DNA of 64,000 bases, from positions 2,784,001 to 2,848,000 of the forward strand of contig OY969763.1 of NCBI GenBank assembly GCA_963702845.1, written 5' to 3'. The DNA comes from an uncultured Verrucomicrobiae bacterium (GTDB lineage Bacteria > Verrucomicrobiota > Verrucomicrobiia > Limisphaerales > Palsa-1400). Positions 39,348-50,956 of the stretch are shown here, piece by piece. Each line of letters opens with the position of its first letter. Positions within the stretch are counted from its first letter, which is position 1. The translations under genes were made by a program, and so were the position numbers. The notes under the pieces were generated by a model. That model did no database searches. It worked only from the letters and a program-made list of their open reading frames with translations, and was not told where the DNA came from.

Positions 39348-40153
39348 AAGTTAAATCCAAAAATCAACCGTGCATTCAAACGTTCATGGGCTTCCAGTTC
39401 CAAATTCGGATTATTGTCCGGGCTATCCGGAAAATTATTGCCGAAAACCTGCGGCATAACACTCAAGGTAGCCCACCAACGGTCCGCGCGATAGGCGACG
39501 ACTGGTCCCATATAAAAAGCGTTATTGTCCCACACTTTCCATTCTTCCAGTTCCGCGTTGTCGCGGAATTCGAAACCGACCGCCCAATGCTTCCCGATTA
39601 ACCGCGCCAGGCCGAAGCTCAATTCCGTTTCGCCTTCCGAAGTATGGAAGTGATCCTTCCATTCAGCCTCCTCCGTCAGGTTTAACGCCCACTTCCACTG
39701 ACCATGACGCTGGCCGAGAATGATTTTCCCTTCGATCTCGCCTTCGCTATCGGAAATGCGCGGCTCAAGATACAGCGTCAACCCTACCGGATGATCGGCC
39801 TGGTTCCAAACCTGGTAACGGTTCTCCAGCGAAAATCCGTCCCAACGAAAACCGGAATGCTGATTGCCGTTCGCAGGATCACGAAAACTTTGCTGGTGCG
39901 AATTATAGTACAATTCCGTGGTCCAATTATCGGTGACACCGTATTCGATGGAATCGCGGAATTCCCATTGGCGAAAGTCTTTTTGGCCGACGTTGTCGTT
40001 GCGGCCGGCGCGGGCAGTCACCCACTGTTCAAATTCCCACCCGCCCTTGGGCATGGTTTCAGGTTCGTAGGTGTAGGTGAAAAGACGTTCGTTCGCGGAG
40101 GCGCTGAGCAGGCTTGCTGTCAGGATCGCCAGTGTTGCTATGGTTGATTTCAT
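39344..40153 (-). CDS. Putative outer-membrane beta-barrel protein
   Basis: Signal peptide, alternating aromatic strands (IEYGVTDNW, LTLYLE), C-terminal Phe. Confidence 0.75.
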   Translation of the reverse strand: MKSTIATLAILTASLLSASANERLFTYTYEPETMPKGGWEFEQWVTARAGRNDNVGQKDFRQWEFRDSIEYGVTDNWTTELYYNSHQQSFRDPANGNQHSGFRWDGFSLENRYQVWNQADHPVGLTLYLEPRISDSEGEIEGKIILGQRHGQWKWALNLTEEAEWKDHFHTSEGETELSFGLARLIGKHWAVGFEFRDNAELEEWKVWDNNAFYMGPVVAYRADRWWATLSVMPQVFGNNFPDSPDNNPNLELEAHERLNARLIFGFNF

Positions 40154-40168
40154 GTTCAGTTGTTCTTA

Positions 40169-40219
40169 TTGAGACTCAATCTCAAGAGCGAGTCTATTGA
40201 GACTCAGTCTCAGTGTCAA
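40169..40219 (-). promoter_or_regulatory. Sigma70 promoter TTGACA-17-TAGACT with two Fur-box-like palindromes
   Basis: -35 at 40214-40219, -10 at 40191-40196; TTGAGACTCARTCTCAR at 40169-40185 and 40197-40213. Confidence 0.85.
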
Positions 40220-40272
40220 AGAACAACTGTTTACATTTTTTGTGAAAGCCTGAACAAATTTTGGGGCGCCCT

Positions 40273-40584
40273 TTAAATTCCCAACAAGGCATCTGCCTGA
40301 GTGCGGATTTCGTTCTCCGCTTTGCTCTTCCAGGGCAGCGCAGCGAATGGGAAATCGATCTGGACGTCGAGGTTGTGATTGTCGACTTCCAGCCGGCCCT
40401 GGACGAGAAAACCGACGGCGCGAAAACTGTAGCTGCCTACGTTTTCGACCCACGTTTCCTTCAAATCGCTGACGCCACCAACCTGCGGGCGCGCCTGCGC
40501 GATGAATCCAATAATCCTCTTCTTGGCCTCTTCTGCTTCAAGGCCGTGCGAGATCGATAAGCTAATCCTCGGCATGGCGCCCAC
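40273..40584 (-). CDS. Polyhydroxyalkanoic acid system (PHA granule region) family protein
   Basis: ISLSISHGL..EEAK.RI, W, V.G.L.V, FPFAALPWKSKAE pattern. Confidence 0.7.
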   Translation of the reverse strand: MGAMPRISLSISHGLEAEEAKKRIIGFIAQARPQVGGVSDLKETWVENVGSYSFRAVGFLVQGRLEVDNHNLDVQIDFPFAALPWKSKAENEIRTQADALLGI

Positions 40585-40733
40585 TATAGCAGAAAACCCT
40601 GATTTCGCCAGTTTCCGGCAACCTTCAATACCTTAAACGCCCTACAGTTTGCTGCCGACCATGTTACGAACGTAGACCCCTCAATAATCCTTCCCATTCT
40701 TTTGCGACCTCATCATAGTCAGACAGCATCCAA

Positions 40734-43700
40734 ATGATTCGAGTTCTCGCCAGCATCATTCTGCTTTTGTCCATTCGGGTTGCCACTGCCGCCCAAACGG
40801 ACGACCTCGAGTTTTTCGAAGAAACGGATCAGACCGGTCCTGGTCGCCCATTGCTATCCGTGCCACAGCGCAGATGCGAAAAAAGTAAAAGGCGGCTTGA
40901 AGCTCGATTCGCGGCAAGACCTGTTGAAGGGCGGAGAAAACGGACCGGTGATTGTGCCCGGCAATGCTGAATCGAGCCCGTTGATTGAAGCGGTGCGCTA
41001 CAAGAATCCAGACCTCAAGATGCCGCCTCCGAAACAGGGCAAGCTTTCGGACGAACAAATCGCGGACCTCATCGTCTGGATCAATTCAGGAGCGGCTTCC
41101 CCGGATTCGACTTCAATCTCCAACAAGACTCCCGCGAAGAAGCATTGGGCGTTTCAGCCAGTCAGCGCGCCAGCCATCCCACCAGTTAAAGACAAGAAAT
41201 GGATTACGACACCTATTGATTCATTCATTTTGGCAAAACTGGACAAACTTCAACCCAGTCCGCGCGCTGATCGCCGCACGCTGATTCGACGCGCCAGTTA
41301 TGACCTGACCGGGTTGCCGCCTACACCGGAAGAAGTGGATTTATTTATCAAAGACCGATCACCCAACGCCTACGAGAAATTGATAGATCGATTGCTGGCT
41401 TCGCCCTGTTACGGAGAACGTTGGGGCAGATATTGGCTCGATGTGGCGCGGTTCGCTGACACGAAAGGTTACGTTTACGCCGGGCGTGAGGAAACGAAGT
41501 TTGTCCAATCGTCGGCATATCGCGATTGGGTCGTCGGCGCGTTTAATGAAGACCTGCCTTACGACCAGTTTCTCAAATTGCAGATTGCGGCTGATCAAAT
41601 GGAGGCGGGACGCAATTCGCTCGCCGCCTTGGGTTATCTGACGATGGGACGGCGATTCCTCGGCGTGGTGCACGATATCATTGATGATCGCATCGATGTA
41701 ACGATGCGCGGAATGCAGGGGCTCACCGTCGGGTGCGCACGTTGTCATGACCACAAATTTGATCCCATTCCGACCAAGGACTACTACTCGCTTTACGGAG
41801 TATTCGCGGGTTGTTATGAGCGAACGGTCGCATTGGATGCGCCGTCGATTGCAGCGAAGGCGTTTCTCGAATACGAGACCGAACTCAAAAAACGGGAGGA
41901 TAAGTTTACTGCGACGTTCCATGACAAATGCGAAGAGCAGGCGAAACGATTTCGCGCGAAAACGACCGAATATCTGCACGGTGTTTTGAACGCGGAAAAG
42001 TTTGAGACGGAAGTATTTTATTCTTTTGTCACGGCTGACGACGTCAATCCGGTCGTCGTGCGGCAGTGGCAGAGCTATTTGCTTTCGAAGGCAAAAGAGG
42101 CACATCCAATTTGGGGGCTATGGCACAGCTACGTCGATGCGGCGAAAGCAAAAAAGCCGTTAAGTTCGGTAACGGTTTCAACCAATAAAACAAATCCGCT
42201 TGTTGCCCAGGCATTCAAGACGAATGCCCCGGCATCATTGCATGAATGGCCGACCGTTACGGCAAGTTACTGGTCGCCGCAGATAAGAAGTCGATGGAAG
42301 GCAAAACGCTATCGCCGGACGAAGAGGAATTGCGCCAGGTGCTTTACGGCCCGGATTCACCGGCCGTTGTTCCTCCGGGCGCGATTGTCGATATGGAATG
42401 GTATTTCGACGAACCGACGCGCGTGGAACTCGGCGGGTTGCAGGTGCAGATCGATCAATGGATGATTCAATCGCCGGGCTCGCCGCCTCACGCGGTCATC
42501 TTGGAAGATCGCGCCGTCCAAAAAAATCCGCATGTATTCAAGCGTGGCAATCCCGCTAACACAGGCGACGAAGTGCCTCGGCAATTTTTGGAAGTGTTGA
42601 GCGGGCCGAATCGCAAACCGTTTACTAAAGGCAGCGGTCGCTTGGAATTGGCTGAAGCCATCGGCAGCACAGAACAATCCTCTGACTGCGCGCGTGATGG
42701 TCAATCGTATTTGGCTCCACCACTTCGGTACAGGACTCGTTCGCACTCCGAGCGATTTCGGCACACGCAGCGAACCACCCAGCCATCCGGAACTGCTCGA
42801 TTGGCTCGCGCGTTATTTCATGGATAACGGCTGGTCGATGAAAAAGGTGCATCGACTCATCATGCTTTCGTCCGTTTACCAGCAACGAAGCGATGATCCG
42901 GAGGATGCCAAATGACGCTTCAGGTCGACCCGGAGAACAGGTTGCTCTCGCGCATGACTCGTCAACGGCTCGACTTCGAGGCCATGCGCGATTCGTTGCT
43001 CGCCGTTTCAGCGCAAATCGATTTGAAAGTCGGCGGGCCCAGCGAAGAGTTGTTTAAAGCGCCTTACAGCAAACGCCGTTCGGTTTACGGCTTCATCGAT
43101 CGCCAGTTTCTTGCCGGAGCCTATCGCGTTTTCGATTTTGCAAATCCGGACATGCATAGTCCGCAACGGGCGGAAACAACAGTGCCGCAACAGGCGTTGT
43201 TCCTGATGAACAGTCCGTTTGTGATTGAACAATCACGCGCGCTCGCCGCTCGTGGCAGTGGCAGTAATAAGGAAAAAATCAGCCAGCTCTATCGAATTGT
43301 TTTTCAACGGGAACCGACCAGCAAACAGTTGAATGCCGCCGTTGCATATATTAGTTCCGCCCAAAACGAAACGACGAACACGCAACCAAAACCTGTGCCA
43401 AGTGCATGGCAATATGGCTACGGGGTGTTTGATGAGTCCTCCAAAAAGTTGAAGTCGTTTACTGCCTTGCCCCATTACACTGAAGATGCGTGGCAAGGCG
43501 GGCCGACTTTGCCGGACGCAACGCTTGGTTGGGCACAACTGACCGCGACCGGTGGACATGCTGGCAATGACCCGCAACACGCCGTCATTCGTCGATGGGT
43601 TTCTCCAATCGATGGAACTGTTTCTGTGCAGGGAAAAATCGTTCACGAACGCCCAGCCGGCGAAGGCATCAAAGCCAAAATCATTTCCAGCCGGCACGGT

Positions 43701-44010
43701 TTGTTAAAGGAGTGGACGTTGCACAATAATTCTGCGGACGCGAACATTGGGTCGATCGAAGTTAAAACCGGCGACACGTTGGATTTTTACGTCAGCATCG
43801 CCGTCACACTGAACAGTAACGATTTCCTATGGTCGCCCGTCATTCAGGCGCAAGGCAAAGAGCTCCTCGACGCGAACGGCTACGCTAGAGAATGGAACGC
43901 CAAACGCGAATTCGGTGGCACGCCATCCACTACCCGGCAAACCACTGAGTCCTTTGGAGAAATACGCGCAAGTCCTGCTACTGGCGAACGAGTTTATGTT
44001 TGTGGATTGA
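40734..44010 (+). pseudogene. Planctomycete cytochrome c / DUF1549 / DUF1553 protein broken by about 5 single-base frameshifts
   Basis: Motifs continue across frames: [88 protein letters not shown]; shifts near 40822, 42245, 42671, 42910, 43930. Confidence 0.85.
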
Positions 44011-44038
44011 AAATATTCTAAGTGCTAGGATTAAACCA

Positions 44039-45478
44039 ATGTCCCACCACCAGCCACGATTGGAAGATGCGTTTCTGACGCGACGCCAGTTCCTGCGCCG
44101 ATGCGGCATGGGAATGGGCGCGGTGTCGCTGGCGGCATTGTTGGGTGAAACGGGAATTCTACCAGCCCACGCGGCCGAAGCCGTCAATCCCCTCGCCCCG
44201 AAGCTGCCGCACTTTCCAGCGAAGGCGAAACGGGTCGTTCATTTTTTCCTCAACGGCGGCCCATCACACGTCGACACGTTTGATCCAAAGCCGGCATTGG
44301 CAAAATACGCGGGCAAATCCTTGCCCGGCGAATACATCAAGACCGAACGCAAAACGGGCGCGGCATTTCCATCGCCGTTTAAATTTAAAAAATACGGCCA
44401 GAGCGGAATCGAAGTCAGCGAACTGTTGCCGCACCTCGGTGAGTGCGTTGATGACATGGCGGTGATTCGGTCGATGGTGGCCGAGGTGCCCAATCACGAG
44501 CCGTCGCTCATGTTGATGAATTGCGGTGATGCGGTGCAGAGCCGTCCGAGTTTCGGTTCGTGGACGACTTACGGGCTCGGCACGGAAAACCAAAATCTAC
44601 CCGGCTTTATTTCCATGTGTCCCGGTGGATATCCGGTGAAGGAAACGGATAATTGGCAGTCCGGTTTTCTTCCCGGCACCTATCAAGGTACCTACATCGA
44701 TTCGCAATTCACGAAAATCGAGAAGCTCATCGAAAACATTCGTAGCAATCAAACTTCGTTGACCGACCAGCGGCGGCAACTCGATTTGCTCCACCAGTTG
44801 AATGAAGAACACGAGGCGCGCCGCAAGCAAGATGCCCGTCTCGAAACGCGCATCCAGTCGTTCGAACTGGCCTACCGCATGCAGATGGACGCAGCCGATG
44901 CGTTCGATATCTCGAAGGAACCACGATCCATCCGCGACCTTTACGGGGACGGTGTTCATGGACGACAAACTTTAATCGCGCGCCGTTTGCTGGAGCGCGG
45001 AGTCCGTTTCATCCAACTCTGGCATGGGGCCGGCCAGCCCTGGGACAACCACACCAACATCGAAGCAGGTCATCGAAACCTTTGCAAAGAAATCGACCAG
45101 CCAGCCGCGGCTCTCATCAAAGACCTGAAACAACGCGGCATGTTGGAGGATACGTTGATCATCTTCGGCGGAGAATTCGGGCGCACCCCGACTGTCGAAC
45201 TAAACGCAGCGGGAAAGCCCGACAATGGCCGCGACCACAATCCATTTGGGTTCACCGTTTGCCTGGCTGGTGGCGGCGTACACGGTGGAACCATTTACGG
45301 AGCGACGGACGAGTTTGGTTTCAAGACTGTCGAAAACAAAGTCCACGTCCACGATCTCCACGCGACGTTATTACACTTACTCGGTTTCAACCACGAAAGA
45401 TTTACCTACCGCTACGCTGGTCGTGATTTCCGACTGACGGATGTTTACGGGCGCGTGGTCAAAGACATTCTGACGTAG
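44039..45478 (+). CDS. DUF1501 protein (Tat signal)
   Basis: TRRQFLRR, GGPSHVDTFDPKP, ARRLLERGVRF, GEFGRTP, GRDHN. Confidence 0.94.
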   Translation: MSHHQPRLEDAFLTRRQFLRRCGMGMGAVSLAALLGETGILPAHAAEAVNPLAPKLPHFPAKAKRVVHFFLNGGPSHVDTFDPKPALAKYAGKSLPGEYIKTERKTGAAFPSPFKFKKYGQSGIEVSELLPHLGECVDDMAVIRSMVAEVPNHEPSLMLMNCGDAVQSRPSFGSWTTYGLGTENQNLPGFISMCPGGYPVKETDNWQSGFLPGTYQGTYIDSQFTKIEKLIENIRSNQTSLTDQRRQLDLLHQLNEEHEARRKQDARLETRIQSFELAYRMQMDAADAFDISKEPRSIRDLYGDGVHGRQTLIARRLLERGVRFIQLWHGAGQPWDNHTNIEAGHRNLCKEIDQPAAALIKDLKQRGMLEDTLIIFGGEFGRTPTVELNAAGKPDNGRDHNPFGFTVCLAGGGVHGGTIYGATDEFGFKTVENKVHVHDLHATLLHLLGFNHERFTYRYAGRDFRLTDVYGRVVKDILT

Positions 45479-45504
45479 TTGAAGCGGCATAATGCCGCGC
45501 TTCC

Positions 45505-45918
45505 TTACTGGCCCTGACGGCGGCGCTTGACGTTGAGTTGCGTGATCGAATGGGCCAGAGCAGCGGAGACGGTGGCGGTTTCTTCGTCGCCTAAATGTTC
45601 GGCCAAACGAGCTTCAGCGCGTTTGCGCGCTTCTTCTGCTTGCGCCTCGTCAATGCTTTCAGCGCGGATCGCCATGTCGGTCAACACGGCGACGCGGTCG
45701 CCGGTGATTTCAACGAACCCTTCACCCACGGCCAGAAAGGAATCCTGACCGTTTTTGCGGATGATGAGTTCGCCGTTCACCAATTGGGTCATCAATGGGA
45801 CGTGATTCGGGTAGATACCCATTTCACCGTCCACGCCGGGCAAGGTGACCATTTCGACGTCGTCAGAATAGGTCTTTGCGTCCGGCGTGACGATTTCCAG
45901 TTTTAAAGTATTGGCCAT
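45505..45918 (-). CDS. atpC: F0F1 ATP synthase epsilon subunit
   Basis: LEIVTPD, GEMGIYPNHVP, GEGFVEI. Confidence 0.96.
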   Translation of the reverse strand: MANTLKLEIVTPDAKTYSDDVEMVTLPGVDGEMGIYPNHVPLMTQLVNGELIIRKNGQDSFLAVGEGFVEITGDRVAVLTDMAIRAESIDEAQAEEARKRAEARLAEHLGDEETATVSAALAHSITQLNVKRRRQGQ

Positions 45919-45941
45919 CGACTAGTTGATCCTTGAAGCGA

Positions 45942-47666
<1,725 letters not shown>

Positions 47667-47690
47667 TTAAAAATTTTTTGCGCAAAAAGT

Positions 47691-47750
47691 GCGGCCAAAC
47701 AGGGGCAAAGACTGCCAATTAGTGCCAGAGACGGCCAAAGAGCGCCTTGG
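47691..47750 (-). repeat. 6 x degenerate 10-bp periodic repeat (nnnGCCAAAn on + strand) abutting A/T tracts
   Basis: gcggccaaac aggggcaaag actgccaatt agtgccagag acggccaaag agcgccttgg. Confidence 0.65.
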
Positions 47751-48517
47751 GCTGTGGGCTGAAACTGCCATTTGTGATGAGGGAGAAAACAGCCGATGAA
47801 TTCACCACAGGGGCACAGAGACTCAGAGATTGCTGGGAAGGAGGCGCTGATCGCCTGATGAAATATGTCAACACCATGGAATCGACTCGTAAATGGACTG
47901 ACCCGTAGATGAGGTTGTTGGCGTCGTTGATGTTCATAATAAAAAAAGAATCCTTTTTTTGGTGTCCGCAGGCGGACTGGTGATTGATTGGATTGAGGAT
48001 TTTGGTGCTCGGTTTTGGTCGCGGTCAGCCACGAGTTTATGGTTGTTTTCTTCATGTTGTATCGTTCGCATAACACGACCGATTGTGACATAAAGTAGCT
48101 ACGCGTCAAAAAATGTAGGGAAAGGAGGGAAACCAGGGAAAGAAATGATAGTTTTAGTTAGAAAAAGGCGGGGGTGGCATGGAAGCTGAGTCAATGTAAA
48201 GGCACAGCGCGGCCAAGCCGCAACCCAAGTCGAGGGGTCGAAGGTCGAAAGTCGAGAGCCAAAAGGGAGCCTATAGCCAATTGGAAAACTTTTGCCAAAA
48301 ATGCGCAACTTTTCCAGATAGCACTAGGATTTGAAACAGGGATCGGAGAAACCACAGAGATACAGAGGTTGTTGGAGTCGAATATAGCCATCCCTGCCTG
48401 CTTTCGGTTGACTGCCCACATTCAGAGGTCCAGCATCAATCAACACGCGACTTAACCTGCAAATCGGCTAATATGGCCAAAACAACTTTATAATCAGTGA
48501 TTAGGCCTTCGCGCGCT

Positions 48518-49132
48518 ATGAGAGCTATTGCAGCATTTCTTCTTCTCGCCGCATGTCATTTGTGTTGTGCGAGCGGCGACACGAATATCATCGCAATGAG
48601 TGATTGGTCGAAGCCCGTCGACACGACGGATGATAGTCTTCGCGTTCGAATGATTGCGGCCTACGGACGTGGACCGGGATTCGGAGGCCCGCACGACGAG
48701 ACGCAGTTCTATTTGGAGTTTCAGAACGTTTCAGGCCCTATCATTTCACCGACTCAGTTTTATTTTGATCCTTCCCGTGGCTTGCGATGCGTGATGAAGG
48801 ACGCCAATGGCAACACGGTGCCTGCTGGTGGAAGTGGCAGCGGCGGCGGCGCTGGCGCGTGTTGGATCACCTTACCGTATGATTCCACGATTCGGCTGCG
48901 CGCCAATATGTTTGGCTACGGCACTAAGCGCGGTGCGGGTTTGATTCTAACTTTGTATCCACCTTATGCATGGGAGTTCAGAGCTGGAGACACCAACAGT
49001 TACTATCTGTCAGGCACGTTTACTGTAACCACGCCGACGAATTTCGTTCCGAAGGATTTCGAGGCTGCTCGTGCTGTGTGGAGTGGCACGCTACAGTTGC
49101 CCAGAATGAAAATTACAGTTCCAAAACCATGA
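48518..49132 (+). CDS. Cassette 1: secreted hypothetical protein
   Basis: Signal peptide; starts just after a TTAGGC site; followed by attC. Confidence 0.75.
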   Translation: MRAIAAFLLLAACHLCCASGDTNIIAMSDWSKPVDTTDDSLRVRMIAAYGRGPGFGGPHDETQFYLEFQNVSGPIISPTQFYFDPSRGLRCVMKDANGNTVPAGGSGSGGGAGACWITLPYDSTIRLRANMFGYGTKRGAGLILTLYPPYAWEFRAGDTNSYYLSGTFTVTTPTNFVPKDFEAARAVWSGTLQLPRMKITVPKP

Positions 49133-49136
49133 CGTT

Positions 49137-49235
49137 GGCTAACAAGGTGCTCGAGCCAACGTCGGTCTGCGTTGGCAGTTCCGCTTTCGCGGTTGACACT
49201 GGGTGCTCGGCGTGGCTCAGCTTGACTCGTTAGAC
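49137..49235 (+). mobile_element. Integron attC site 1
   Basis: GGCTAAC...GCTCGAGCCA...TGGCTCAGC...GTTAGAC. Confidence 0.88.
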
Positions 49236-49245
49236 CACATCAAAT

Positions 49246-49692
49246 ATGGACATGCCTACACCGCCAAAAACGACATCGTTCTCACATCAGGCAGCCAAGC
49301 TCAGTTGGGTTTGCCCCATCATCGTCTTCGTGCTTTTGATGTTCACTAGGCAGATTGGCGCGCGAGTGATTATTGAGATGGTTGCACTTTTACTCATCGT
49401 CGTCGGTCTGGTTTTCGGCATCTTCGCTTTGTTCGGGATTTCCAAGCACGGCACGAAGGGCATCCTCGCACCAGCCATTGTCGGCATCATTGTTAACGGA
49501 CTGTTGCTTTTCATTTTTGTCACGAACTTCATGGCGGCGAGAGCCAGAGCGCAGCAGCACACGAGCATTGAGGCTTCGCCAGTCGTAACCGTGTGTTCTA
49601 ACAAGTCGCTGGAGCCAACCTCCGTTGCCGCTGCCAGTTCCGCTGTCGCGGTTCACGGCACGAGTCGACGGTGGCTCAGCTTTCTATGTTAG
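49246..49692 (+). CDS. Cassette 2: 3-TM membrane protein; ORF reads through its attC
   Basis: Three hydrophobic helices; stop codon is the TAG inside GTTAGGC. Confidence 0.75.
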   Translation: MDMPTPPKTTSFSHQAAKLSWVCPIIVFVLLMFTRQIGARVIIEMVALLLIVVGLVFGIFALFGISKHGTKGILAPAIVGIIVNGLLLFIFVTNFMAARARAQQHTSIEASPVVTVCSNKSLEPTSVAAASSAVAVHGTSRRWLSFLC

Positions 49693-49694
49693 GC
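49596..49694 (+). mobile_element. Integron attC site 2
   Basis: TTCTAAC...GCTGGAGCCA...TGGCTCAGC...GTTAGGC. Confidence 0.9.
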
Positions 49695-49708
49695 ATCATT
49701 CACGCGCC

Positions 49709-50371
49709 ATGAGTATAGAAGCAACAATGGTCAGCTACTACGCGGAGCGAGCCGCAGAATATGAGCGCATTTATCACAAGCCGGAGCGTCAGGCTGACTT
49801 GCGGCAGTTGCGCATTTTTGTCGAGCGCACGTTTGCTGGTGCTGATGTTTTCGAGTTGGCCTGCGGCACAGGTTACTGGACGGAGATTTTATCGCGCACG
49901 GCTGCATCGGTTGTTGCCACGGACATCAACGAGGAGGTTCTGGCGATTGCCCGTTCCAAGCCCATTGATACTCGCAAGGCGACTTTTCGCATAGCGGACG
50001 CTTATCATTTGCCGGACTCCATACAGAGTTTTACCAGTGGTTTATCGGTTTTCTGGTGGTCTCATGTTCCGAAGGCGAGGCTGCGTGGTTTTTTGCGGGG
50101 CTTCCACCGCATTTTTGCACCCGGTGCGCGGATCGTATTCATCGAGAATTGTTACGCCGAGGGAAGCAGCACGTCGATTTCTCGCACCGATGAGCACGGT
50201 GACACATATCAGTTACGACGGTTGGATGACGGCAGCACACACGAGGTTCTCAAGAATTTCCCGACAGAGTCAGAGTTACGTGCCACCGTGGAAGGGTTAG
50301 CATCAGATGTGCAGGTTGAGTTTCTTGAGTATTATTGGATTTTGAGTTATGTGCCAAGAACTGACGCCTAA
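49709..50371 (+). CDS. Cassette 3: class I SAM-dependent methyltransferase
   Basis: YYAERAAEY, FELACGTGYWT, TDIN, FWWSHVP. Confidence 0.9.
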   Translation: MSIEATMVSYYAERAAEYERIYHKPERQADLRQLRIFVERTFAGADVFELACGTGYWTEILSRTAASVVATDINEEVLAIARSKPIDTRKATFRIADAYHLPDSIQSFTSGLSVFWWSHVPKARLRGFLRGFHRIFAPGARIVFIENCYAEGSSTSISRTDEHGDTYQLRRLDDGSTHEVLKNFPTESELRATVEGLASDVQVEFLEYYWILSYVPRTDA

Positions 50372-50487
50372 CCAGAGCGCTCCAGCCATTAGCCGCCGCA
50401 CTTGGCTTTTCGCTCGCCGTTGGTATTCTGTTGTCACTGATTTCGGCTGCGTCCAGCCTCGGCGGCTGTGGCTGAGCTGAACACGTT
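50366..50487 (+). mobile_element. Integron attC site 3, interrupted at its GTT core by the IS (remainder AGAC at 52285-52288)
   Basis: GCCTAAC...GCTCCAGCCA...TGGCTGAGC...CACGTT then IS then AGAC. Confidence 0.85.
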
Positions 50488-50599
50488 GATATGGCTCTCT
50501 GATTGTCAAGTGGGCAGTGCGATTCGGTTTCCGTTTTTTCACGGTTTTTTCTTTCCGGCATTGAGCAATGGACTGTTGGGTTGGCAGAAGCGGCAATCA

Positions 50600-50765
50600 A
50601 CGACGGTTGATCCTGCTGATATGCGTGAGTTCACCCCGCTCTTGCAACGCAAGTGCTGGGCTTATCGACCTGACCACGGTTCGAGTCGCGGCGCTTCCTC
50701 TCTCTAGGCACGAGGGTTCGTTCGCAAGGAACTTCCTCTTAACACTCACGAGGGTTCGCCTAACC
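50600..50765 (-). ncRNA. Putative bridge/seek RNA of the IS110 element
   Basis: Two stem-internal loop-stem modules whose loop strands match the attC core and the IS circle junction; boundaries approximate. Confidence 0.6.
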
Positions 50766-50956
50766 GAGCTGCTCTCTGCCAACTCATCAATCCACTGCAA
50801 AGTTAAAGTTTTTTTATTTGTTCGGTTTTGCCCAGCGATTCGACCGGGTGAGCGCAGCGGCAGCGTAGCGAGAGCTGGCGCGATAGCGCTTCGGCTCACG
50901 TGCTCATCAGCAGTTGGTTTGCTGATAATCGGTTCGTGCCACTTCATTCTTAAATG

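Noticed and set aside
48174..48455. Integron integrase remnant upstream of the first cassette
   Set aside because: No tyrosine recombinase motifs in the ORF-track translations here; region contains simple heptamer repeats (GTCGAAG-like).
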